Assembly (NCBI GenBank): GCA_025922875.1
Contig: JAICGZ010000001.1
Location: forward strand, 6,541-70,540
Origin: Pyrinomonadaceae bacterium
GTDB lineage: Bacteria; Acidobacteriota; Blastocatellia; Pyrinomonadales; Pyrinomonadaceae
Reading direction: 5' to 3'
DNA: 64,000 bases
Every line of letters begins with the position of its first letter. The first letter of the stretch is position 1. Positions 19,593 through 28,539 of the stretch are shown here, in pieces. Made by a program: the position numbers and the translations under genes. The notes beneath the pieces are model-generated. The model saw only the letters and a program-made list of their open reading frames with translations. It ran no database searches and was not told where the DNA came from.

Positions 19593-20990
19593 TCAAAGCC
19601 TGACGTACTCGAATTCAAATGGCTTACCCTTGATACCCGCGGCCGGCGGCGCGATCCAGTTTGCGATCTTGCCGGGCTCGAAGACCGGATGCATGAGACT
19701 GCGCACGTACTCACGATCCTCCATCGTCGGCAGCCACTCAGACTTGCGCCGCTCAAACTCTTCGCGCGAGATCAGATTGCCCTGGAGATCGAACGCGTGG
19801 CCCGCGAATTCGCCGACGTGCCGGTGGAAACGTGGATGCGGAAGATACAGACGTTCACTTACGCCTTCATCCGCAAGCACTTTGTTCCAGCGCGCAAGAC
19901 CCTTCTCGCAGTCTTTGACGTACTCGCCGCGCAACACCTCGTTCAATGCATTTCGCAGCGGCACTTCTCGCGACTTCAGTTGACCATCTTCCACCACTGC
20001 CATCGTGAAGGTCTCATTCGCTGCCGTGTGTTCGGTATACTGCTCGCGTTCTTTGTAACGGCCCTTCAAGCCTGCGGCGAAGAAGTCGGCCGAGTTGGAA
20101 CTGATCTCTCCACCAAAAAGATCGAGCGAGTAACTGAACCAGAAATTGATGTACTTCTGAACGATGTCGAGCGGAATACCGCCAAGCTCGCGCACGTCGC
20201 CTTGCTTCATCAACTGAGCCGTGCGCCTCGCCACGCGACCGAGACCCGTGTCGCCGACAAACATGTGGTGCGCTTCTTCCGTGAGCATGAACTGACACGT
20301 GCGCGCAAGAGGTTCGAAGCCTGATTCCGCGAGCGCCGAGAGCTGATACTTGCCATCCCGATCGGTAAACATCGTGAAGGCGAAAAAGTTTAGCCAGTCG
20401 TCGCACGGTTGATTGAACGCCTCGAGGATGCGTGGTTTGTCAGGATTGCCGCTGCGGCGTTCGAGAAGTTCATCGGCCTCGTCGCGCCCATCACGACCAA
20501 AGTAACCGTGCAGCAGGTAGACCATGGCCCACAGGTGCCGGCCTTCTTCGACGTTCACTTGAAACAGATTGCGGAGGTCGTAAAGAGAGGGACAAGTCTT
20601 GCCGAGCTGTCGTTGCTGTTCGACTGACGCGGGTTCGGTGTCGCCTTGCGTGACGATGATTCTGCGTAGTGCATTGCGAAACTCGCCTGGCACTTCCTGG
20701 TAAGCAGGGCGCCCGTAGTTGTCACCGAAGCCGACCTTTGCATCGGGTTGAGGCGGTTCGAGAAAGATGCCCCAACGATATTCAGGCATCCGCACGTAAT
20801 CGAAGTGCGCCCATCCTTCGGAACCGACGTCGATAGCGGTGCGCAGCCACACATCCTTTTCCTGAAAGCCTTCAGGTCCCATCTCGCGCCACCAGTCGAG
20901 ATAGTTTGGCAGCCACTTCTCCAGCGCGCGCTGGAGCTTTTTGTCCTCGGAGAGATTTACGTTGTTAGGAATGCGATCGTATAGATTCAT
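19593..20990 (-). CDS. boxB: benzoyl-CoA 2,3-epoxidase (oxygenase) subunit B, di-iron
   Basis: The N-terminus IPNNVNLSEDKKLQRALEKWLPNYLDWWREMGPEGF is typical of BoxB. The EEGRH and EEAHH di-iron motifs are present. I moved the start to ATG 20990 because the longer track ORF reads through a palindromic repeat. Confidence 0.8.
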   Translation of the reverse strand: MNLYDRIPNNVNLSEDKKLQRALEKWLPNYLDWWREMGPEGFQEKDVWLRTAIDVGSEGWAHFDYVRMPEYRWGIFLEPPQPDAKVGFGDNYGRPAYQEVPGEFRNALRRIIVTQGDTEPASVEQQRQLGKTCPSLYDLRNLFQVNVEEGRHLWAMVYLLHGYFGRDGRDEADELLERRSGNPDKPRILEAFNQPCDDWLNFFAFTMFTDRDGKYQLSALAESGFEPLARTCQFMLTEEAHHMFVGDTGLGRVARRTAQLMKQGDVRELGGIPLDIVQKYINFWFSYSLDLFGGEISSNSADFFAAGLKGRYKEREQYTEHTAANETFTMAVVEDGQLKSREVPLRNALNEVLRGEYVKDCEKGLARWNKVLADEGVSERLYLPHPRFHRHVGEFAGHAFDLQGNLISREEFERRKSEWLPTMEDREYVRSLMHPVFEPGKIANWIAPPAAGIKGKPFEFEYVRL

Positions 20991-21064
20991 TGCCGATTTC
21001 CAATTGCCGATTGCCGATTGATAATTTCCGGTCGCCATTCTTCAAATTGGCAATCGGCAATTCG
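20991..21064. repeat. CAATTGCC/GATTGCC-word palindromic element between boxC and boxB
   Basis: ttgccgatttccaattgccgattgccgattg pairs with caaattggcaatcggcaattcg. A sibling lies at 45332-45412. Confidence 0.75.
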
Positions 21065-21065
21065 T

Positions 21066-22712
21066 TTAGGTTCTTTTGTAATCAAACTGTGGCTGCGTTG
21101 GCTTACCGTAGTTAGTCAACGCGCCCTTTTCGCCGACCGCATTCGGACGTTGGAAGATCCAATTCTGCCATGCGGTCAAACGGCCATAAATTTTTGTATC
21201 CATCGTTTCAGGACCAGCGAAACGAAGCGATGCTTCCATGCCGGTCAACGCATCGGGCGACAACGACGTGCGTTCTTCGATCGCGACGCGGATCTCGTCT
21301 TCCCAGTCGAGATCGTCGGGCGCGAAAGTGATGAGTCCGAGTTCTTCCGCTTCATCAGTGTCGAAGCTTTTCTTGTCGCCAAATATTTCGTCGAGCTTCT
21401 CGGGTTCGGCAAGAAAGCGCGATTGCAACCGCGTTAGACCATTGCTCATCGGGAATGCGCCGGCGTTCAACTCCGAGACAGCGAGAGAAGCGTCTGAATC
21501 CTGGAGCATGTAGCTGCGATCGGATGCGAGTAGCAGTTCGAGCAGGTTTCCGGCAAAACAACTGCCCGGCTCGACGATAGCAAAGAAACTCTTCGCCGTG
21601 AGATCCAGGCGACGCAGCACACGCGCCATGTGCAGCAATATCTCGCGCACGAGCCAGTGATCTCGATTCGCAGTTAACGTCTGGTCCACCGCCAGGACAT
21701 TTTCGATATCGCCTTTCGTGCGCAGGCAAACGAGACCGATCAAAGGCTCATTCACGCGCAGGTGCAGCAGCGCATCGTCCAGTTCTCGATAAGCTTGCAA
21801 TGGCCAGTAAGCGTCGCCTAACTCGTGAATCTCTTCCGGCGTACTAGGCTGCGGGCCGTCAGGGCCGTGCACAGTCAAGTCTGCATAGCGCTGTTCGCGA
21901 TTTAGGTTGAGCTTTACGTATTGGTAGTTTCTCGCGGTATCGCTTGTCTCAAACTGCAAGGGCGTGAGTTTGATTCCTGAGACTGGCGCCTGCTCGGCAC
22001 CGGCGATTTGCTTCACTCGAGCGTCGATAGATTCCTGAAACTTGCTTGTCGGAAAGTAACCGTCAATCAGTCCCCACTCCTTCGCACGTTTTCCTTTCAA
22101 GCCCTCGGCCAATGTTGAAAAAACGTCGGCGCGATCGCGTCGTACTTTTCGTTTGTCGACCAGGCGAGTGAGACCGCCGGTTCCGGGCAACACACCGAGC
22201 AAAGGAACTTCAGGTAGCGAGACAGCGGAGTTACCGTCGTCGACGAGATAGATTTCGTCACAGGCGATTGCCAGCTCGTAGCCGCCACCTGAGGCGGTGC
22301 CGTTTAGTGCGGCGATGTAGCGACGACCAGAGTGTTTTGAATCGTCTTCGATAGTGCAGCGAGTCTCGTTGGTGAATTTGCAGAAGTTCACCTTAAAAGC
22401 GTGCGACGATGTGCCCAGCATGTAGATATTTGCTCCGGCGCAGAAGATCCGTGGCTTAAGGCTCGTGATCACAACCACGCGAACCTCAGGGTGCTCGAAG
22501 CGGAGTCGCTGCACAGCATCAGCCAACTCGATATCGACGCCCAGGTCGTACGAGTTGAGCTTGAGTTTGTAGCCGTCGGCGAGTGTCTCGTCCTCCTGGA
22601 CGTCCATCGAGAGCGTGGCCACCGCCCCCGCGAGCTCCAGTTTCCAATGCTTGTACTTGTCCGGCGACGTTTGGAACACGATTACAGGGACAGGATTTTC
22701 AGGATTTGACAT
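21066..22712 (-). CDS. boxC: 2,3-epoxybenzoyl-CoA dihydrolase (benzoyl-CoA-dihydrodiol lyase)
   Basis: 548 aa double-crotonase protein. The N-terminal block reads YKHWKLELAGAVATLSMDV...YKLKLNSYDLGVDIELADAVQRLRFEHPEV. Confidence 0.8.
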   Translation of the reverse strand: MSNPENPVPVIVFQTSPDKYKHWKLELAGAVATLSMDVQEDETLADGYKLKLNSYDLGVDIELADAVQRLRFEHPEVRVVVITSLKPRIFCAGANIYMLGTSSHAFKVNFCKFTNETRCTIEDDSKHSGRRYIAALNGTASGGGYELAIACDEIYLVDDGNSAVSLPEVPLLGVLPGTGGLTRLVDKRKVRRDRADVFSTLAEGLKGKRAKEWGLIDGYFPTSKFQESIDARVKQIAGAEQAPVSGIKLTPLQFETSDTARNYQYVKLNLNREQRYADLTVHGPDGPQPSTPEEIHELGDAYWPLQAYRELDDALLHLRVNEPLIGLVCLRTKGDIENVLAVDQTLTANRDHWLVREILLHMARVLRRLDLTAKSFFAIVEPGSCFAGNLLELLLASDRSYMLQDSDASLAVSELNAGAFPMSNGLTRLQSRFLAEPEKLDEIFGDKKSFDTDEAEELGLITFAPDDLDWEDEIRVAIEERTSLSPDALTGMEASLRFAGPETMDTKIYGRLTAWQNWIFQRPNAVGEKGALTNYGKPTQPQFDYKRT

Positions 22713-22730
22713 GATTAACCGGATTTCTGG

Positions 22731-22748
22731 TTCGAACGTTCGTTCGAA
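22731..22748. promoter_or_regulatory. 18-bp inverted repeat TTCGAACG-tt-CGTTCGAA upstream of boxC (operator candidate)
   Basis: Perfect 8-bp half sites located 19 nt upstream of the boxC ATG. Confidence 0.4.
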
Positions 22749-22874
22749 TTTTAGGTGAGATCAGCAACGAGGTCAAATGGTACTCTAGTACGATCCTGTA
22801 ACTTGACAGTTCTGCCTCCTCACGCGTAGGGTTTGGAGTCTCCGAAAATCGGCGAACATCGGGCCCTCCACCGT

Positions 22875-22973
22875 GGAGGCGAATCTGTTCTGGTGAACGG
22901 CGCGGTCTTCAAAACCGTTAGTGAGACCGTGAGAGCGGGCTCAGGTAGGTTCGATTCCTACACGCCTCCGCCA
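22875..22973 (+). tRNA. selC: tRNA-Sec (anticodon UCA)
   Basis: 99 nt running GGAGGCG...CGCCTCC-G-CCA. It has a 6-bp D stem (ctgttc/gaacgg) with a 4-nt loop, anticodon loop cuUCAaa, a long variable arm, T arm gtagg-ttcgatt-cctac, and an encoded CCA. Confidence 0.85.
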
Positions 22974-23019
22974 GTTCAAATGGAAGGCTTTACAGCTCTT
23001 TTACAAAGGAATTCCTCAC

Positions 23020-24156
23020 ATGATCAGAGATTGGGTTGAGCTCAATATGACACCCGGCATCGGACCTCGCGCCGCTGCCAAACTCCTGGAGCGCTTCGGT
23101 TCTGCCGAAGCCGTTTATAACGCAACACGAGCCGAACTCGAACAGTTGCGACTAACGCCGGAGGCCGTCGATACCATCATTGCCCGCGACTTGCAGTCCC
23201 GAGCTGATGCCGAGATCACGGCCGTAAAGCAACTCGGCGGCGACATCCTATTGCTGGATGACGGGGTTTATCCCCCATCCTTACGCGAAATTTACGACCC
23301 GCCTATTGTTCTCTATGTTAAAGGCGCGTGGTCAGAGTGTTTGGATCAACCATGCATTGGTGTGGTAGGGTCACGTAGGTGTTCGACCTACGGTCAGAAC
23401 TCCGCAACCATGCTGGCCCGCGACCTGGCACAGCGCAGTGTGACCGTTGTTTCGGGTTTTGCACGTGGAATTGATGCGGCGGCGCATCGGGGCGCACTGG
23501 ATGCCGGCGGCCGGACAGTGGCCGTTCTCGGAACTGGGATTGACGAGGTTTATCCACGCGATCACAAGAAGTTAGCGGTGGAAATACTCGATCGCGGCGG
23601 CGCCCTGGTCAGCCAGTTCCCGCTGGGCACTCCGCCGGTCTCGGAAAACTTTCCGTACCGGAACCGCATCATTAGCGGGCTGAGTCTCGGAGTGGTAATA
23701 GTAGAAGCGGCTGAGAATTCGGGTTCTTTGATAACCGCGCGCCTGGCAATGGAACAGAATCGCGAGGTGTTTGCCGTCCCCGGCAACATCACTTCGCGAA
23801 ACTCGTTCGGCACGAATTACCTGATCAAGGGCGCGGGAGCGAAACTCGTGCAGCAATGGCAGGACGTCGCGGCTGAGTTGCCGCCGCAAATCGCCGCGAA
23901 GCTGTTGCCGCCTCCATTTAGCGAACAGAAAAAGGAGACGTCGTTCACGGATCGTTTGTCACTTGTTCCTGAAGGACTTTCGGCGGCGGAGACTTCGGTG
24001 TTCAAGTTGTTGACGCCCGACAGCCCGGCACACGTTGATTGGCTTTTTGAAGAAAGTAAGCTTTCAATTCCCGAGTTGACGGGTGCGTTACTGTCGTTGG
24101 AAGTTCGAGAGTTGGTGCGTGCACTGCCCGGCAGATGTTTTGTGAGAAAACTTTAG
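23020..24156 (+). CDS. dprA: DNA-processing protein DprA (Smf)
   Basis: GVVGSRRCSTYG...SGFARGIDAAAHRGAL...VFAVPG motifs are present. The conserved dprA-topA arrangement is seen, with a TAGATG junction. Confidence 0.9.
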   Translation: MIRDWVELNMTPGIGPRAAAKLLERFGSAEAVYNATRAELEQLRLTPEAVDTIIARDLQSRADAEITAVKQLGGDILLLDDGVYPPSLREIYDPPIVLYVKGAWSECLDQPCIGVVGSRRCSTYGQNSATMLARDLAQRSVTVVSGFARGIDAAAHRGALDAGGRTVAVLGTGIDEVYPRDHKKLAVEILDRGGALVSQFPLGTPPVSENFPYRNRIISGLSLGVVIVEAAENSGSLITARLAMEQNREVFAVPGNITSRNSFGTNYLIKGAGAKLVQQWQDVAAELPPQIAAKLLPPPFSEQKKETSFTDRLSLVPEGLSAAETSVFKLLTPDSPAHVDWLFEESKLSIPELTGALLSLEVRELVRALPGRCFVRKL

Positions 24157-26679
24157 ATGGCAAAAAATTTAGTAATCGTTGAATCGCCGGCGAAGGCGAA
24201 AACCATAAACAAGTATCTGGGAAAGGACTATCTGGTTAAGGCTTCGATAGGCCACATCAAAGATCTACCTTCGAAAGGACTCGGCGTTGACGTCGAACAT
24301 AATTTCGAACCCACTTACGAACTGATTCCCGACTCGAAGAAACGAAACAACAAAAAGATCGTCGCTGAACTCAAGAAGGCAGCAAAAGAAGCTGACGCCA
24401 TTTATCTCGCCGCCGACCCCGATCGTGAAGGCGAAGCAATCTGCCAGCACCTCGCCGAAGAGATCGTTCCAAAGAGACCGGCCAAACCCGCGTATCGCGT
24501 GATGTTCAATGAGATCACGAAACGTGCGGTTAACGCTGCTTTCGAACATCCACGTCAAATCGATGAAAATCTTGTCGATGCGCAACAAGCGCGTCGCGTA
24601 CTCGATCGTCTGGTTGGTTACAAGGTTTCGCCGTTACTGTGCCGCACGATCGGCGGCAGGTTGAGTGCCGGACGCGTCCAGTCGGTGGCGCTGCGGATGG
24701 TGGTCGAGCGTGAACGCGAGATCGAGCAGTTTATTAAAACTGAATACTGGACCATCGGCGCGAATCTGAGTGCGAAACTACCGCCGGCCTTTGATGCCCG
24801 TCTATTCAAGATTGACGAGCAGACTGTCAAAACCAGCGGCTTCGATCAGGAACTCAAGAAGAACGAGATCCTTATCAAGGAGCAGGCGCAAGCCGACGAG
24901 ATCGTTGCCGAAGCACGGCAACAGTCGTTCGTCGTTGGCGATGTAACGACGAAGGAGCGAAAGCGCAATCCAGTCCCTCCGTTCATCACGTCAAAACTGC
25001 AACAGGAAGCCTCGCGCAAACTCGGCTTCGCAGTTAAGAAGACGATGATGCTCGCGCAGAAGCTTTACGAAGGCGTTGAACTCGGTGACGAAGGGGCTGT
25101 CGGTCTCATCACCTACATGCGTACCGACTCCACGCGCGTTTCTGATGCGGCGCTGGGCGAAGTTCGTGACTACATCGATCGACAGTACGGCGCGAACTAT
25201 CTTCCTGAGAAGGCTGTGTACTATCGCTCGAAGAAGGACGCGCAGGACGCTCACGAAGCGATACGGCCAACCGAAGTGTCGCGCACGCCTGATTCGCTGG
25301 CAAAGTATCTCAAGCCGGAAGAGTTGAAGCTTTATCGTTTAATCTGGCAGCGCTTTGTCGCGTCGCAGATGATGCCGGCCGTCTTCGACCAAACCACGAT
25401 CGATATTCAAGCAGGAAGATTCATCTTCCGCGCGACCGGTTCGGTGCAGAAGTTTGACGGCTTCCTGAAGATCTACCAGGAAGGTCGCGATGAGAAGACT
25501 GAAGAAGACGAGGAAGCCGAACGCAGCCTGCCGCTGGTTGAAAAGGGCGAGACTCTGAAGCTGAACTCAATCACCCCGGAACAGCATTTCACCGAGCCGC
25601 CGCCACGTTACACGGAAGCGACTTTGGTCAAGGCGCTCGAAGAAAAAGGTATCGGCAGACCGTCGACGTACGCGGCCATCATGTCGACGATCCAGGAGCG
25701 CGAGTATGTCGAAAAAATCCAGAGCCGCTTTCATCCCACCGCGCTCGGCAAGACCGTCAACGATCTACTGATCGACGGAGGGTTCGACGATCTTTTCAAC
25801 GAGAGTTACACCGCGCGGATGGAAGAGGAACTCGACGAAATCGAGGAAGGGAAGATTCGTTGGACCAAAGCGCTGCGCGAGTTCTATGACAAGTTTGAGG
25901 GCGACCTCAAACAATTTCAGAAATACGTCAAAGATATAAAAGAGACGAGCGTACCGACCGAAGAGGTGTGCTTGAAGTGCAACACTCCGGGCATGGTCCA
26001 GAAGTGGGGACGCTTTGGTCCGTATTTGAAATGTCTCAACTGCGAAGCGACGCGCGACGCGGGTCCACCCGCGGGTGCAGACGGCGACTCCTCGGAGCCG
26101 CAGGCGGCCGGTGAAGAAGCAGAACCTGAGAATTGCGAGCTGTGTGGCAAGGCCATGCAGTTGAAGCGCGGACGCTTTGGACCATTTTTAGGCTGCACTG
26201 GTTATCCGGAATGTCGGAACATTCGAAAGATTGGAAAGACCGGAGTCGCTGCGCCGCCGCCTGTGCCGCTGGATGAGAAGTGTCCGGTCGATGGCGCGCA
26301 ACTCGTCAAACGCGTCGGGCGTTTTGGTGAGTTTATTTCCTGCTCGAACTATCCGAAGTGCAAATATATCAAGCAGGAGACTGTCGGCGTTTCGTGCCCG
26401 CGGCCGGGTTGTAAAGGTGAGATCGTCGTCAAGAAGTCGAAACGCGGCAAAGCGTTTTATGGGTGTTCGGAGTATCCGAATTGTAACGTGGTCTACTGGG
26501 ACAAACCTGTTCTCGAAACGTGTCCGCAGTGTAATGCGCCGTTCTTGTTGGAGAAGACGACGAAGAAGCAGGGGACGTTTCGATACTGCGCGAACGAAGA
26601 CTGTGGGTATCGATCAAACGAGGCTGTCGAACCAATCGTGAAGCCTCCAGCCACACGCCCAAGCCGGTCCGCGAATTAA
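24157..26679 (+). CDS. topA: DNA topoisomerase I (type IA) with multiple C-terminal zinc ribbons
   Basis: The Toprim N-terminus is LVIVESPAKAKTI and the active-site region is ITYMRTDS. There are four CxxC...CxxC repeats at the C-terminus. Confidence 0.95.
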   Translation: MAKNLVIVESPAKAKTINKYLGKDYLVKASIGHIKDLPSKGLGVDVEHNFEPTYELIPDSKKRNNKKIVAELKKAAKEADAIYLAADPDREGEAICQHLAEEIVPKRPAKPAYRVMFNEITKRAVNAAFEHPRQIDENLVDAQQARRVLDRLVGYKVSPLLCRTIGGRLSAGRVQSVALRMVVEREREIEQFIKTEYWTIGANLSAKLPPAFDARLFKIDEQTVKTSGFDQELKKNEILIKEQAQADEIVAEARQQSFVVGDVTTKERKRNPVPPFITSKLQQEASRKLGFAVKKTMMLAQKLYEGVELGDEGAVGLITYMRTDSTRVSDAALGEVRDYIDRQYGANYLPEKAVYYRSKKDAQDAHEAIRPTEVSRTPDSLAKYLKPEELKLYRLIWQRFVASQMMPAVFDQTTIDIQAGRFIFRATGSVQKFDGFLKIYQEGRDEKTEEDEEAERSLPLVEKGETLKLNSITPEQHFTEPPPRYTEATLVKALEEKGIGRPSTYAAIMSTIQEREYVEKIQSRFHPTALGKTVNDLLIDGGFDDLFNESYTARMEEELDEIEEGKIRWTKALREFYDKFEGDLKQFQKYVKDIKETSVPTEEVCLKCNTPGMVQKWGRFGPYLKCLNCEATRDAGPPAGADGDSSEPQAAGEEAEPENCELCGKAMQLKRGRFGPFLGCTGYPECRNIRKIGKTGVAAPPPVPLDEKCPVDGAQLVKRVGRFGEFISCSNYPKCKYIKQETVGVSCPRPGCKGEIVVKKSKRGKAFYGCSEYPNCNVVYWDKPVLETCPQCNAPFLLEKTTKKQGTFRYCANEDCGYRSNEAVEPIVKPPATRPSRSAN

Positions 26680-26680
26680 T

Positions 26681-26757
26681 TTCCCGCAAAGGCGCAAAGG
26701 ACGACGCCAAGTTTGTTTAAGGTTTTCTTTGCGTCTTCCTTTGCGCCTTTGCGGGAA
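26681..26757. repeat. CGCAAAGGCGCAAAGG-family palindromic hairpin element, copy 2
   Basis: Perfect 21-bp arms: ttcccgcaaaggcgcaaagga and tcctttgcgcctttgcgggaa. Confidence 0.85.
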
Positions 26758-26805
26758 AACTCTTAGTATTAGCAGTCCAACCTGATTCCTTCGAGGAGAA
26801 CCACC

Positions 26806-28506
26806 ATGATGCTACGGCGCTACTCAGCCATAGTGCTGCTTCTGATCTTCTTAGCTTCGCCTGCAACGTTAGTCTCGCAAACGACAGCGCCGGCGCCCAA
26901 TCCAAACGATCCAATTCAGCGCATCAAGGACGAAGGTATGAAACGCTCGCAGGTCATGCAGACCTTGAGTTACTTGAGCGACGTCATCGGACCGCGTCTG
27001 ACTGGCTCACCCGGGATGAAACGCGCCAACGAGTGGACGCGCGATCAGTTGTCTAAGTGGGGACTCCAAAACGCGCACCTCGAACCTTTCGGTCCGTTTG
27101 GCAAAGGCTGGACGTTGAAGAAGTTCTCGGCTCAGGTGACTGAGCCGCTGGCCATTCCACTGATCGCTTATCCCAAAGCGTGGTCGCCCGGTTTAGCAAG
27201 TCCACTAACAGCCGACGTGGTTTACTTCGACGCAAAAACCGAAGCAGACTTCGAGAAGTACAAAGGCAAACTCAACGGAAAGATTGTGCTAACCGCTATC
27301 ACGCGCGAGGTGCCTGCTCACTTCGAGGCACAGGGCACGCGTTTGAATGAAAAAGAGTTGCTTGCGTTAGCTGATGCGCCTGAGCCACGACAAGGCGAAG
27401 GCCGCAGAAACTTCGGTCGAGCGGGACAGGAGTTTACAAACGCGAAGCTGCGGTTCTTCCAGGCGGAAGGCGCGGCGATGTTAATCGATCCGAGTCGAGG
27501 TGACGGCGGAACAATCTTTGTTCAGTCGGCGCAGGTACCTCAGCCACCGCGCGATCCAAACGCCCCGCCTACCGGTCGTGGCATTCCTCCGTATGCCGCA
27601 AATGCACCAAAGGTAACGCCGCAACTTGTTCTGGCAATCGAGCAATACAACCGCATCGTGCGCATGTTGCAGGCAGGCGAGCCGGTAAAAATCAATGTCG
27701 ATCTGTCTGTTGAATGGCAGGAAGCCGATTTGATGGGCTACAACACGATCGCAGAGATTCCCGGAACGGATCTTAAAGACGAAATCGTGATGCTTGGCGG
27801 TCATATGGACTCCTGGCATTCCGGCACTGGCGCTACTGACAATGCAGCCGGCGTATCAGTCGCTATGGAAGCAGTGCGTATCATCCAGGCACTCGGACTG
27901 AAACCCAGGCGCACAATTCGAATCGCTTTGTGGAGTGGTGAAGAACAGGGACTGCTCGGATCGCGCGCTTACGTTACCGAGCACTTCGGCAGCCTGCAGA
28001 ATCCGGCGACGTCAGCGGCACCGGCAACCGGCGCTAACCCCAACACGATGGGCGGCGGCGCGGGAAATGGAAATGGAAACGGAGCTTCACCCGCTCGGCC
28101 AACACTTGTGACGAAGGCTGCGTATGACAAGTTCAGCGCCTATTTCAATCTCGACAACGGCACTGGGAAGATTCGCGGAGTTTATTTGCAGGGCAATGAG
28201 GCCGTTCGTCCAGTGTTTCGGCAGTGGTTAGCACCGTTCAAAGAGATGGGCGCTTCCACGCTCTCCATCTCAAACACGGGCGGCACTGACCATCTGGCGT
28301 TTGATGGGATTGGCTTGCCGGGATTCCAGTTTATTCAGGATGAAATCGAGTACGACACGCGCACGCACCACTCAAACCAGGACGTGTTCGATCGCATTCA
28401 AGCGGATGACATGAAACAAGCGGCGACGATCATGGCGGCGTTTGTTTATCAAACCGCGATGCGCGACGAGAAGTTGCCGCGCAAACCCGCACCGGGATCA
28501 AGATGA
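26806..28506 (+). CDS. secreted M28 family metallopeptidase with PA domain
   Basis: A signal peptide is present. The [19 protein letters not shown] and [11 protein letters not shown] motifs are zinc-ligand blocks. Confidence 0.8.
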   Translation: MMLRRYSAIVLLLIFLASPATLVSQTTAPAPNPNDPIQRIKDEGMKRSQVMQTLSYLSDVIGPRLTGSPGMKRANEWTRDQLSKWGLQNAHLEPFGPFGKGWTLKKFSAQVTEPLAIPLIAYPKAWSPGLASPLTADVVYFDAKTEADFEKYKGKLNGKIVLTAITREVPAHFEAQGTRLNEKELLALADAPEPRQGEGRRNFGRAGQEFTNAKLRFFQAEGAAMLIDPSRGDGGTIFVQSAQVPQPPRDPNAPPTGRGIPPYAANAPKVTPQLVLAIEQYNRIVRMLQAGEPVKINVDLSVEWQEADLMGYNTIAEIPGTDLKDEIVMLGGHMDSWHSGTGATDNAAGVSVAMEAVRIIQALGLKPRRTIRIALWSGEEQGLLGSRAYVTEHFGSLQNPATSAAPATGANPNTMGGGAGNGNGNGASPARPTLVTKAAYDKFSAYFNLDNGTGKIRGVYLQGNEAVRPVFRQWLAPFKEMGASTLSISNTGGTDHLAFDGIGLPGFQFIQDEIEYDTRTHHSNQDVFDRIQADDMKQAATIMAAFVYQTAMRDEKLPRKPAPGSR

Positions 28507-28513
28507 GGTAACT

Positions 28514-28535
28514 GAGCGCCTCCAGGGAGGCGCTC
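28514..28535. terminator. short GC hairpin between convergent genes (made of the MITE arm tip)
   Basis: gagcgcctcc-ag-ggaggcgctc. It lies between the M28 stop (28506) and the TPR gene stop (28540). No U-tract. Confidence 0.4.
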
Positions 28536-28539
28536 AAGC

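Noticed and set aside
22833-23039. Track ORF of 68 aa (MESPKIGEHRALHRGGES...)
   Set aside because: It is fully explained by the tRNA-Sec gene (22875-22973) and the dprA start region. There is no RBS and it overlaps a structured RNA.
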